Shown: positions 53,001 through 64,000 of the stretch, piece by piece
How positions within the stretch are numbered: the first letter of the stretch is position 1
How the letters are laid out: every line of letters starts with the position of its first letter
Assembly (NCBI GenBank): GCA_016748015.1
Contig: JAAOMT010000586.1
Span: 727,483-791,482, forward strand
Length of the DNA: 64,000 bases
Reading direction: 5' to 3'
Source of the DNA: Geosiphon pyriformis uo1
Taxonomy: Eukaryota; Fungi; Glomeromycota
The notes under the pieces: generated by a model
The model's input: only the letters and a program-made list of their open reading frames with translations
What the model was told of the DNA's origin: nothing
The model's database searches: none
Position numbers and translations under genes: made by a program

Positions 53001-53445
53001 TTTTGCTCTTCTGTCTAGTTTCTTCCAGAGTCTATACATTTGATTAGCTTTCTGATAACTTTAGCATATTCAGTCACTACTTCTCCAGGGCCTTGGGTTT
53101 TTTTTTCCAATTCCATGTGCCATTTGGATATTAATATTGGAATTTTGAACTTGGTCTCAAACCAGGTAGTGAAAAAGGTATTTTTTTTTCCAGTATTGGT
53201 TGGTGTCTATCTGATTATTTGGTGTTGAGCATTGGCATCTGTTTCTTGTAAGAACCAGATAGTAGAAGAGCCTTGAAGATAGCCACCAACAATTTGAAAC
53301 TTGTATTCTTCATCATACTGGTTGGCTGTAACAGCTCTTTCAAAATCATCCAACCATTTAATTGGATCTTGTGCATCATCTCTAAATAGTAATAGTGGGG
53401 TATTGTTTTTTCTTCCTAGAGCAATTTGTATACCTTGAAGGGTGG
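47013..53445 (-). mobile_element. Gypsy family D: partial gag, PR, RT, RNase H, separate integrase, ORF3, PPT, 3' LTR (47013-47676); no dUTPase
   Basis: CYHCELTEHFSRDC; FIDLILNSGSSVSVI; RT 50180-50911 (YLND); integrase ~48330-49650 (YHLQTNGLVEHF); PPT GGAGAAGATAA abuts TGTTAC at 47676. Confidence 0.92.
47799..48296 (-). pseudogene. family D ORF3 of unknown function, between integrase and PPT
   Basis: MNNYFLDQNIQNAFYTL... open for ~165 codons. The frame continues to the PPT beyond a single TAA. Confidence 0.7.
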
Positions 53446-54121
53446 TGTTACTGCAGGTTTTTGGTCTCTTTTCTTGAATATTGTAACTATCTGTTGGTTG
53501 CAAATTCACATTTTCTAGAAGTAGTTGAATCTCCAATAACTGAATTTATCTTCAAATTATCTCCTATAATTTAAACTGCTGGGCTTATAAGTGGAATGAC
53601 TAATTCCGTGCCAGTTGCTTTGTGTAATTACATTGTAGTAAACATCAACTTTTTCCCAGGAATTGCTCATCTGGAAGCTTACTAAAAATGTGTAGTTACT
53701 TTGCTGTAAAAGTCAACTTTTCTACAGGAATCTTATCTGTAGGCTATCCTAATGATTGTAATAAGAAAATAAAAGAAAAATAAAAGAAATGTAAAAAAAA
53801 TAGAATTTTGTTAAGGGAAACGTTTTCTATCCAGGCCTGGAGTCACTAACAGTTTATTGAAATTAGTAGCTAATCAATTTCAAAACGTTAGTTGAGGGAA
53901 TTTCAAGTGTAATAACTTAAGAATTTGGGTTTCAAATATTTAATTTTTATTTGATTTTGTAACAGGTGATTTGTTTTAATTAAGATATCTAAAGTAAGAT
54001 ACTATAGTAAGGTACTATGAAAAGATACATTTTCTTGAAAAGAAAAGCTCTTCTTTTATACAACTTGTTGTAGTACTAGTCTATGAACTTGCACTTTTTC
54101 TCTTTGCTTAAATTTTGGCGA
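53446..54121 (-). mobile_element. partial family A-related LTR inserted in family D gag and itself split by family A copy 2
   Basis: Starts TGTTACTG at 53446 in the middle of gag, parallels 54122-54780, and breaks off where the next LTR begins. Confidence 0.85.
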
Positions 54122-55104
54122 TGTTACCAGAGATTTTTGGTCTCTTTTCTTGAATGTTGTTAATGTTGATTTGCTGTGAATTCACGTTTTCAGGAAGTAG
54201 TTGGACCTCTGATAACTGAATTTTATCTTCAAATTATTTCCTATAATTTGAACTGCTGGGCTTACAAGTGGAATGGCCAATTTCGTGCCAGTTGCTTTGT
54301 GTAGTTATGTTGTAATAAACATCAACTCTTTCCCAGGAATTGCTCATCTGGAAGTTCACTAAAAATATGTAGTTACTTTGCTGTAAAAGTTAACTCTTCT
54401 ACAGGAATCTTGTCTGTAGGTTACCCTAATAATTATGATAAGAAAATAAAAGAAAAATAAAAGAAATGTAAAAAAAAATTGAATTCTGTCAAAGAAATTG
54501 TTTTCGATTCAGGCCTGGAGTTACTAACAGTTTATTGAAATTGGTAACTAATCAATTTCAAAACATTAGTTGGGTTTTGAGAATTTTCCAAGTGCAATAA
54601 TTTAAAGAATTTGGTTTTTTGAATTATTTGATATTTATTTTGTTTTTGTGTGTAAAGGATAATTCTAATTGTTAAATCTGAAGTAAGATACATTTTTTCA
54701 AAGAAAAAAGCTCTTCTTTTATACAACTTGTCATAACACTATTCTATGAACTTAAACTTTGCTATTTTTTACAATTTCGCTGAACTAAAGATATATTTCA
54801 GTAAACTACAAGTTATTTCTGCAAACTATTAGATATTTTGGTGAACTATCAATTATTTTGGCGAATTTCTACAAATTTCAGCAAACTTTTTGAATGTTAC
54901 ATAGTTTGGGATATTGCATGATTGATCATTACAATTAGGTTACATTTATGTTATGTGCAAATTGGGTTATTAATTAAATGATAATTTTGGACATTTTGCT
55001 AATGTAATAAGTGATAATTTGAAACGATAATATATGCTAATTAATAATAAGGATTATAAAGATAATTTCATGTTAAATAATATTTCTAATTTTGTCTGAT
55101 AACA
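54122..55104 (-). repeat. family A 3' LTR (983 bp)
   Basis: TGTTA/TAACA termini; direct repeat of 63023-64000. Confidence 0.95.
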
Positions 55105-55138
55105 TAACCTCCTCCTCAAGACTGAGCTCTATCGAAGT

Positions 55139-55792
55139 TCAAATACTGTCTGTAATTTTCAGATAATAATCCAAAATTATTGAAGAAATTTGGTCTGAAA
55201 ATTGTTGAAATTTCAGTTCTGTGAGCTTTTCAATGTATTGAATCTTCAAAGGTTGTAAAATTGGGTTTTGTAGAACGTTTTCACAGGTGTGGAATAGGTC
55301 ATAAAGTCTAAGAGCAGCTCTTAGTTTATAATGACTGTTTATAGGTTCAACTGTTGTCTTAAATTCGTTGTGGAGTTGTTTCCGAATAGCTTCTTTTGTG
55401 AAGTTTGCTGCTGTAAGCACCTGTTTTTGTTCATAAAGTGTTTTTCCAATGTAGAAATATCTATATATTGGAGTATAGTTGTAGTTTTCTTCATTAAGAC
55501 ACAGTTGAAGTTTTTGTTGAATAGTAGCATTTGGTGAAATACTAATAGGAGTGAGCATTAAGTTTTCTCTTAAAGCAAGCTTTAAAAGTTCTGGCAGGTG
55601 AATTCCAGAATAACTTCTTGTGTTCTTTTTATATGGGTGATATTTTCATGAATTTGGGACTAAATTTGTAACTACTTCTGTTTGGGTATAATTAATGTGG
55701 TTTCCAGTAACAGTAATGGATAATTCAGGTATTGTTTTTAAAGTTAACATTAATTTTTGGAATAATTGTTGAATGTTTTGAGGAATAGTCAT
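55139..55792 (-). pseudogene. family A ORF3, 217 aa of unknown function, one CpG-decay stop
   Basis: ATG 55792 to TGA 55139 is 218 codons. The single internal TGA reads CGA in copy 1. Confidence 0.8.
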
Positions 55793-58700
55793 TATAAGAA
55801 ATTTGAAAACAAAAAAAAATTATTTTTGGTGTATGAGGTTTTTTTTTTATGTTATTTTTGCTTTGTTTTTGTAAGATTGTTTCTAAATTATAAAGAGATA
55901 ACTATAATAATAAATTTAAGTTAAGTGTTTAAGTTGGGAGGTTGTTCAATGACAACTATTGGTTCTAAATTTCGGGAAATATCTTCAGAATTGATTAAAG
56001 AGAAATATGTACCAATTTGTGAAATTAATGGTTCAGGATTGTTTCTGGAATTATAGTGTTTCAAATGATCTCCATGTGCAACTTTTGTTAGGATTTTGTT
56101 ATTAAGTCTTAGTTTGTATGATCCGTTGCCTAGGACTTTATGGATAAAGAATAGTTTATCCCATTTATTTTCAAATTTTCTACTCCATTGTTTTTCAGTT
56201 TTGGTTTGGTGTAAAAGAACTTTATTTCCAATTTTAAATTCGTTTGTAACTGGTGGCAGTTTGTTGTCATGTCTTTCTTTTTGTTGGGCTTGTGAATTTT
56301 TAATGTGGGTGGCTGCTATATGTTTTTTTTTTTCTATGTACTGAGAAGAGTATAAGCTCTTCGCTGAAGTGTTTCTTGTAAGTTTTCTTCTGTGATTGGT
56401 TGTACTGGATATGTTTCCACTGTGAATTCAATTGGTAGTTTTGCTGTTCTTCCATAAGTAAGATCAAATGGTGTGTGTTTTGTTGTATCTTGTTTTAGTA
56501 TTCTATATGCTAGTAATACTGATAAAATAAAGATATCCCATTCCTGTTCAAAATCTGTTGAGACTTTGGCTAGTGATTCACACAATGTTCTGTTGAAATG
56601 TTTTATTAGTCCATTTGTCTGTGGATGGTAGGGTGAAAATAAAGATCTTTTAACATTAAATTGTTCACAAATTTCTTGTATCAGATTGTTCACAAAATGT
56701 GTTTCTTGATCTGATAAAAGTTCTATTGGGCATCCATGTCTACAAATAATGTCTTCATAGATGAAGTTTGCTACTGATTTCGCATTTGCTTGTTAAATGG
56801 CTCTGGCTTTGGGCCATTTGGTGAGATAGTCTACAGCTACTGCAATATAATGGTTTCCTTGGTTTGTGATAAGTAGTGATCCGACTAAATTGATACCAAC
56901 TTGGTTGAAAGGCTGTTCAACTTTGATTGGGTTTAAAGGTTCTGTAGGGCGAGTTCTTCCTCTTCTTTGACAACTATCACAAGACTTAATGTATTCATGA
57001 ATGTCTTTTCTCATTTGAGACCAAAAATAATATTCTAGTGTTTTCTGGGTGGTGCTGTTTTTTCCTAGATGTGCTGATGAAGAGTTTGAATGCATGTTAT
57101 ATAAAATGGTTTCTTTTTCATGTTCTTGTATTAATCTGAGTAGATTGTTTGGGTTTCTGAAGTTTCGATAATAAATCATGTTGTTGTGTAAGAAGTATTG
57201 TTTGGTTTGTTGTTGTAACTGATGTTTTTTATTTGAGGACCAATCTGTTGGGATTGTTAATGTCTCCAAATATTGTTTAAGATTGTTGTAGTTTTCGGGG
57301 TTTATTGTTTGTTGTTTTGTTGTTAATTCAAATAGGTGTTGGTTTTGTATTCTAATCTTGCCTCATACTTGAGAGACAATCAACATTGATATAGAGTTTT
57401 CTTGGTTTGTGGTGTATAATATATCAGTAGTTAGCTAAAAATCCTGTCCATCAAGTTTGTTTTGTGTTTAGTTAAGTGTTTTTGTTCTGAAGCCATTTGA
57501 GTCCAATATTATCAGTGATAATATCAAATTCTTTGGGTTTAAGGTAAAGGTTAAAGTAATGTAGAGCCCAGATTACTGCTGCAGTTTCTAATTCTGTTGT
57601 AGAATAGTTTTTTTTAGCTGGTTTTAATGTTCTGCTAGTATAAGCAATTACTCACTCATTTCTATTGTCATTTAACTGTGATAAAATGGCACCAAAGGCA
57701 GTATAAAAGGCATCTGTTGCTAACTGAAATTGGTTGCTAAAATCTGGATAGGCGAGAATTGAAGCTGTTGTTAGTTTTTCTTTGAGGATTTCAAATGCGT
57801 TTTGGTGTTCAGCAGTCCATTTGTATTCAATGTTTTTGGTGGTAAGCTGGTTGAGAGGTTTTGTGATTTCTGAGAATTCTTTGATAAACTTCTGATAGTA
57901 GGAGGCTAACCCTATGAATCCTCTTAGTTCTGTAGTGTTTTGAAAAGTTTTGAAGTTTTTAACAGTGCTGATTTTTTCAGAGTCTGGTTTGATTCCATCT
58001 TTACTAATGATGTGACCAAGAAAGACCAAGCTTGTTTTTCCAAAGTAGCATTTTTCGATGTTAAGTTTCAGTTTTGCTTTTCATAATCATTGAAAAACTT
58101 CTCGCAGGTGTTTTAAGTGTAATTCAAATGATGGAGAATAAACATTAGTATCATCAAGATAAACAACTACTAACTTCCAAAAGAGTCTTTTATACACAAT
58201 ATTCATTAATCTCTGAAATATTGCTAGTGTATTGCATAATCTGAAAGGCATTACATTGAATTCGTAGTTTCCTCTTTGGGTTGTGAAGGCTGTTTTGGGA
58301 TGATTTTTGGGGTCCATGGCAACTTGCCAGTATTTGCTTTCTAGATCTAGTGTTGAAAAGTATTTGGCCTTTTCAAGAGCATCCAACATATTATCAATTC
58401 GGAGAAGAGGATAGGCATCTCCAATAGTGACACTGTTGAGTTGTTGATAATCAACACAAAATCATATCTTTCCATTTTTCTTTTAACTAAGACCACAGGT
58501 GAGGCCCATGGACTCATTGATGGTTAGATAAGCCCATTGTTGAGCATCCGTTGTACTTCTTTGCAGATAAATTGGTGGCTTTCTGGAGTAACTCAGTAGG
58601 TTTGCTGTTGCCTTGGTTTGGCATTTCCTGTATAGATTTGGTGTTGGACCAAATTGGTTCTTCTTAAGTCATTGTTGTTTTCGGCAAAAATATTGGCAAA

Positions 58701-61700
58701 TTCTGCAATTAGTTCTTTGAGCTGGCTCTGTTGTTGTGGTTCAAGTTGTCCTATGTTGATTCAAGATAGTTTTTCCATGACAACATGGTAGTTTTTAGAG
58801 CTGGAGTTTGGATTGATTTTTGGTAGTAAATGTCCAATAATTTCAGAGAAATCGGGAACTGTTTGGGGTAATTCTTGTTGAAAGATATTACTGTGAATAA
58901 CTCTAATTTCTAAGTTATTTAATAAAACTATGGGGAAATTGTTGGGATTGTAAAAAGTAATTCGGATTTTCTTTGTTCCTTCTGGAATATAAATATTTGG
59001 GATCAAGATATTATGTTCCAAGCAGATTTGTTTGTTGAACTCAAAAATTTGTTGTGTGGTTGTTGGCTTTTCACAAGTGTAAATTTCAGGGTGTTTTCCA
59101 AAGGGTGAAATGGTAATTGGTTGTGGAAGTCATAAAATTTGGTGAGATTCTTTCTGTTTGTTGAAGACTATGTTTACTGGAACTGTGAATTGTCCAGTTA
59201 AACCAAAACCTTGGGTTCTTCTTTCACTTTTTCCCAATAGTTCTTTTTGATTGATTAATTGTAAACCCGAAATGTTGATTAAGTGTAAATAAATGGCTTG
59301 GGCAATTTTCTCGGCATGTTCAATCTTAAATGGCTTGTCAGTTTCGTTTTGAAGTATTATTGTTATGTCACCAGTATATCCAGCATCAATTATTCCTCCT
59401 CTGACATTGATTCCTTTGCTTGCCAGAAAAGACCAGGAGGCAATTTGAACCATTGCTTCTGACAGGATTTCAAGAGCAATTTTGAGGTTGATTTTTGTAA
59501 GAGATTTGGGTTTGAGAACAAGAGTATCCTTGTCTGGATATCTTAGGTCATATCCAGCATTAATTTCATGTGCTTTTTCGGGTTTTATTCCTTGTCCATT
59601 GTTGTTGAAATATTTGAGTTGTAAGTCAGGCTGATTTTCAATAAGATAGATGGATGTTGTTTCAATTTCTTCTGTTGCTTTGGGTTCTCCAAATTCAATT
59701 TCATATTCATCACTTTCGCTGGGCAAGAGGATGCTAAGAGCATAGCATTCAGAACACCATTGTTCATCACAAGGCATTATGCATTCCTTACATAATTTAA
59801 TGTTTATTTGTTCTAACTGTTGAGCTTGAGCTTTTTTAGTTGGGTAGGTGCGACTTGTAATTTGATGGTACACTTCTACTTCATCTTCATAATCAAATCC
59901 AGCTAATTCTATGGTGTATTCAATGTATTCTGTTTCTTTTATTTGATGAACATTTTCTTTGGTAGCTTCATTAACTAATGCCATTGCTAGGTTGAAAATC
60001 ATCATAGCATCATGGGGGTAGTGATAAAGTTTGTTGAGAGCATTGTTGTATGCTGCATCAAAAGGTGTTTCTTTTTTGACTTTCTCTGAAATTGATAAAA
60101 CATATTGGCAGGTTTGATCACAGACTCCTTTTCTCATTGCTATATCAATCCAATTGCATTCTTCTGGTAGCATATTTCCACAAGTCAAACAAGGGGTGTT
60201 GTCCCATTTTTCACTTCTTTTTATTAGATGGCCCTATCATTCTCTGTGGCAAGCCTTGCAGTAATAACAAGTATGATTTCATATTCTTTTTTAGGTAAAA
60301 TGCAGGCTCCCATTGAGGAGAGTTTCTTGTGGCAGTCCTTGTATTTGAGTGGAATGTAAGGGTATCATTTCTTTGGTTTTAGTTTAGAATATGGGATGTT
60401 CCATTCAGGGGTTTCTGGTTCCTCTGGATATGAGTTTGTTGCAAAATATGTTTGCTTAGTTTCTTCAGCCCAGTTAGATGTTAATTCAAGTGCCATAAAT
60501 GTTTCAACTACAGGCATTTTTTCCTCTTTTTCAAATTTGAAGACAGGGGCTTTCTCTAATTGTTTGTTGAATGTACCACAAGTAGTGGGTACTCAGGCAT
60601 ATTGTTCTTGATAGAAGAGTTGTAATTCTTGGGTTTTTTAGTCTAATTTTGCATTGGCTTTTTGGAATCAATCATTTCCGACAAGGGCTTAATACTGGGG
60701 CATGTCCATTATAAGAACTTTGACTGAAATAGTAATTCCATCAAGAGTGAATGGAAAATTGTCAATTTCTCCTACTGGAGTCTTTTTTATGCCATCAGCA
60801 GTAATGATTACTGTTTGAGCTGATTAGTCGACATTTCTCTTTAACTGTTGTATTAACTGGTAGGTAATGATGCTTCTGGTGGATCCATTGTTTAGGATCA
60901 AGTGAATTGCCTTTTCTTCGACTTCTGCTTTAGTGTACATAGCAGTGATTGCTTTTTGTTCATTGGCAGCTGCATTGCTAAGCAAGAATGGTGACTCATT
61001 TGCTTCGAACTCAAAAGGGAATATATTTGAAAGGTTGGCATTTTCAGCAATTCTGGCTGGTGGGATTGTAGTAGGAGTATAGGAAAAGTTTTGTTGTTAT
61101 GCTGTAGCTTTATTTTCTAAGAGTGCAGTATGGTGAAAATCCTGTTCTTTAGGTATTGTAAGATAACTAGATTGAGTATGATAATGGGTGGGTCTTGGCT
61201 GAGCTGGATTTTGGGGAACTAATTGGTTATTTGGATTGGTTCTGTTGTTGTTTGTTGTGAATCAGTTTTGTGGTGCAAATTGGTTTTGTTGAACCAATTT
61301 TCAAGCAGGTACTTGGTAATGTTGAATGGGTTGTCGATACTGTTGTTGCATTGGCTGTAGAGCAGGTTAATAGTAGTCAGTTTGATATTGTGGTCTTGGT
61401 GGATAGTAAGCTGGTGGTAGTGGTGGTTGGTAATAAGATTGTTGTGACAAAGGGTAATATTGATTACTCTTGTTTTGTTGGTCTCGTTGTAGCTTTCTGC
61501 AATCTCTTTTCCAGTGGCCAGGGATTCCACAGTAATGGCAATTCTGAGACTGGTTATTAGAGGATAATACAAAGTTGTTTTGATTCCATCTTTGGGGTGG
61601 TTGATATCTTTGGGGTTGTTGTTGTTGTTGGTTGGTAAAATAGTTTTCGACTTTCTTTGTGAGTTGGTCAATTTTCTCTTCAGCTGCTAAGCTGGTCTCT

Positions 61701-63022
61701 TCAATGGCTAAGTTCACGAGTTTTGTACGATTGGCTTCTTCCATGGCCATTTTATATCTCTTTGCATGCTGAATGGCAGAGTTTAAATTTTCTGGGGCAT
61801 GTGGGCGAACTTTTTTAATCAGTTTATCTTTTAAACCAGTGATAAATTGATCCAAGATTTGAGCATCAGAATAATAATCATTAGTTTCAAGTTGGTGAAT
61901 TCATCTGAGAAGTTTGTTAAATTTCTCAATATAAGTTATGACAGATTTGGAGGGTTTTTGTTTGATATTGCAAAAACAATTTTAAAGTGTGATTGAAGTG
62001 TTGTTATTGGTGAATTGTTCTAAGAAGGCAGTTTTGAAAGCTATCCAGTCATTAAAAGAGGTGGTCAAGTTTTCAAACCATTCGCCTGCTGTTCCTTTGA
62101 GAAAGTAGGGAATTGTTCTTAACATTCTGGCAGCATTCCATCTATTTGCATCTCCAGCTTTAGTAACTTGGTTGAGCCATTCTTGGAGACTGGTCTCAAT
62201 GTCTTCTCTATTAAATTTAGGGATTTTTGTGATGTATGCTGTCATTTCATCTTCTTTATTTTCACTGTCTATTGATTTTTCTTCAGATATTTTAGAGTTA
62301 TTTTCTTTATTCGCTGCTGTCTCAGAGTGTTCACTTTGATTTTCAGCTAGAAAGTCAAGGAAATTAGAACTAGTTTGAAGGGATTTTTGTTGTCTGGTAG
62401 GACTTCTGGGTGATGTAAAATCTTCTAGTCTTGCAAATCAATTTAAGGGTGAATTAGGTGTTTGTGCTTGTGCAAGTAAAGCTAGAAAAGATGTGATAGT
62501 AAGTGGAAGTTTTGAACTGGTTTCTTGTTCAGGTGTTTGTAAGTGTTTGGCAGTTGTTTTTGGTAGTATTGGAGTATTTGGGGTGGTTTTTGAGTATTGT
62601 TTCAATTTTTGTTTGCCTTTGTTGCTTGTTTCTATCTCTAATTCAAAATCAATGGAGTATTGAGACTGCACTGGATATGTTTCTTTACAGTACTTGATAA
62701 TGTTAAAATTAAGTTCTTGAAAGTAAGTGGCAAGTGTTTTACTGTTAAGGTCTTCAGTTTCCAACTGTAAATAGTGTACTAAATTATTGTAAAGGTTGCT
62801 TTTAACTTCTGAGATATTGTAATTTCCAAAAAAATAATTGTTGATATGGTTTTCAATGTATTGGTATACTGATTTCTTGACAACTTTAATTCCATCTGGA
62901 ATGTTGAATCTTTGTTTGCAGTGGGTGTAAATTGACTGGTAATATTCTAGAGTTGTTGCATCTGGTGTGGTCGCTATTTTGAAGTTGTTTTTGCTGTGTT
63001 GTTTCTGTGGGAGAGCACCAAA

Positions 63023-64000
63023 TGTTACTGGAAGTTTTTGGTCTCTTTTTTTGAATGTTGTTAATGTTGATTTGCTGTGAATTCACGTTTCTAGGAAGTA
63101 GTTGGACCTCTGATAACTGAATTTTATCTTCAAATTATAGAAGATAATTTGAACTGCTGGGCTTATAAGTAAAATTGCCAATTCTATGCCAGTTGCTTTG
63201 TGTAGTTATGTTGTAGTAAACGTCAACTCTTTTTCAAGAATTGCTTGTCTGGAAGCTTACTAAAAATATGTAGTTACTTTGCTGTGAAAGTCAACTCTTC
63301 TACAGGAATCTTATCTGTAGGTTATCCTAATGATTATGATAAGAAAATAAAAGAAAAATAAAAGAAATGTAAAAAAAAATTGAATTCTGTCAAGGAAATT
63401 GTTTTCAATTTAGGCCTGGAGTTACTAACAGTTTATTGAAATTGGTAGCTAATCAATTTCAAAACATTAGTTGGGTTTTGAGAATTTTCCAAGTGCAATA
63501 ATTTAAAGAATTTGGTTTTTTGAATTATTTGATATTTATTTTGTTTTTGTGTATAAAGAATGATTCTAATTGTTAAATCTGAAGTAAGATACATTTTTTC
63601 AAAAAAAAAAGCTCTTCTTTTATACAACTTGTCATAACACTATTCTATGAACTTGAACTTTGCTATTTTCTACAATTTTGCTAAACTAAAGATACATTTT
63701 GGCAAACTACAAGTTATTTCTGCAAACTATTAGATATTTTGGTGAACTATCAATTATTTTGGTAAATTTCTACAAACTTCAGCAAACTTTTTGAATGTTA
63801 CATAGTTTGGGGTATTGCATGATTGATCATCACAATTAGATTACATTTATGTTATGTGCAAATTGGGTTATTAATTAAATGATAATTTCGGACATTTTGC
63901 TAATATAATAAGTGATAATTTGAAACAATAATATATGCTAATTAATGATAGGGATTATAAAGATAATTTCATGCTAAATAATATCTCTAATTTTGTTTGG
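63023..64000 (-). repeat. family A 5' LTR (last ~5 bp outside window)
   Basis: Direct repeat of 54122-55099; PBS adjacent. Confidence 0.95.

Larger units (their letters stand above)
54122..64000 (-). mobile_element. Gypsy family A copy 2, essentially full length (~9.9 kb) with both LTRs
   Basis: 3' LTR 54122-55104; PPT GAGGAGGAGG 55108-55117; ORF3; integrase 55920-57305; RNase H/RT; dUTPase ~59190-59620; PR; gag (CHYCGIPGHWKRDC); PBS TGGTGCTCTCCCAC at ~63006-63019; 5' LTR 63023 to the window end. Confidence 0.96.

Noticed and set aside
54532-54726. Identical 64-aa ORF in both LTRs (also 63433-63627)
   Set aside because: Non-ATG start, AT-rich, explained by LTR duplication, and not evidently preserved in the related LTRs.

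Overview
Eukaryotic, AT-rich, fungal-type sequence; a Glomeromycotina/Mucoromycota-like origin is inferred from gene and transposon style, not proven. A compact CpG-rich island of three genes (~22.8-32.0 kb) holds a 13-exon GGA-type VHS+GAT adaptor that apparently lacks its GAE ear domain, an intronless ADE6 (FGAM synthase) and a 9-exon MTHFR set head-to-head with ADE6. Both flanks are decayed, CpG-depleted retroelements hypermutated by C>T/G>A: nested Ty3/Gypsy LTR elements of at least five families, an APE-RT-RNaseH LINE, LINE relics and two ORF1-only LINE derivatives. The most unusual signal is the Gypsy architecture. Gag-PR-(Cys-rich domain-dUTPase)-RT-RNaseH form one frame that stops just after the RNase H 'DxLSR' motif. 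The integrase is a separate Met-initiated ORF, in the +1 frame in all four readable copies (three families). A further unknown ORF follows at the env-like position and is shared by two families. Family labels A-E are my own.
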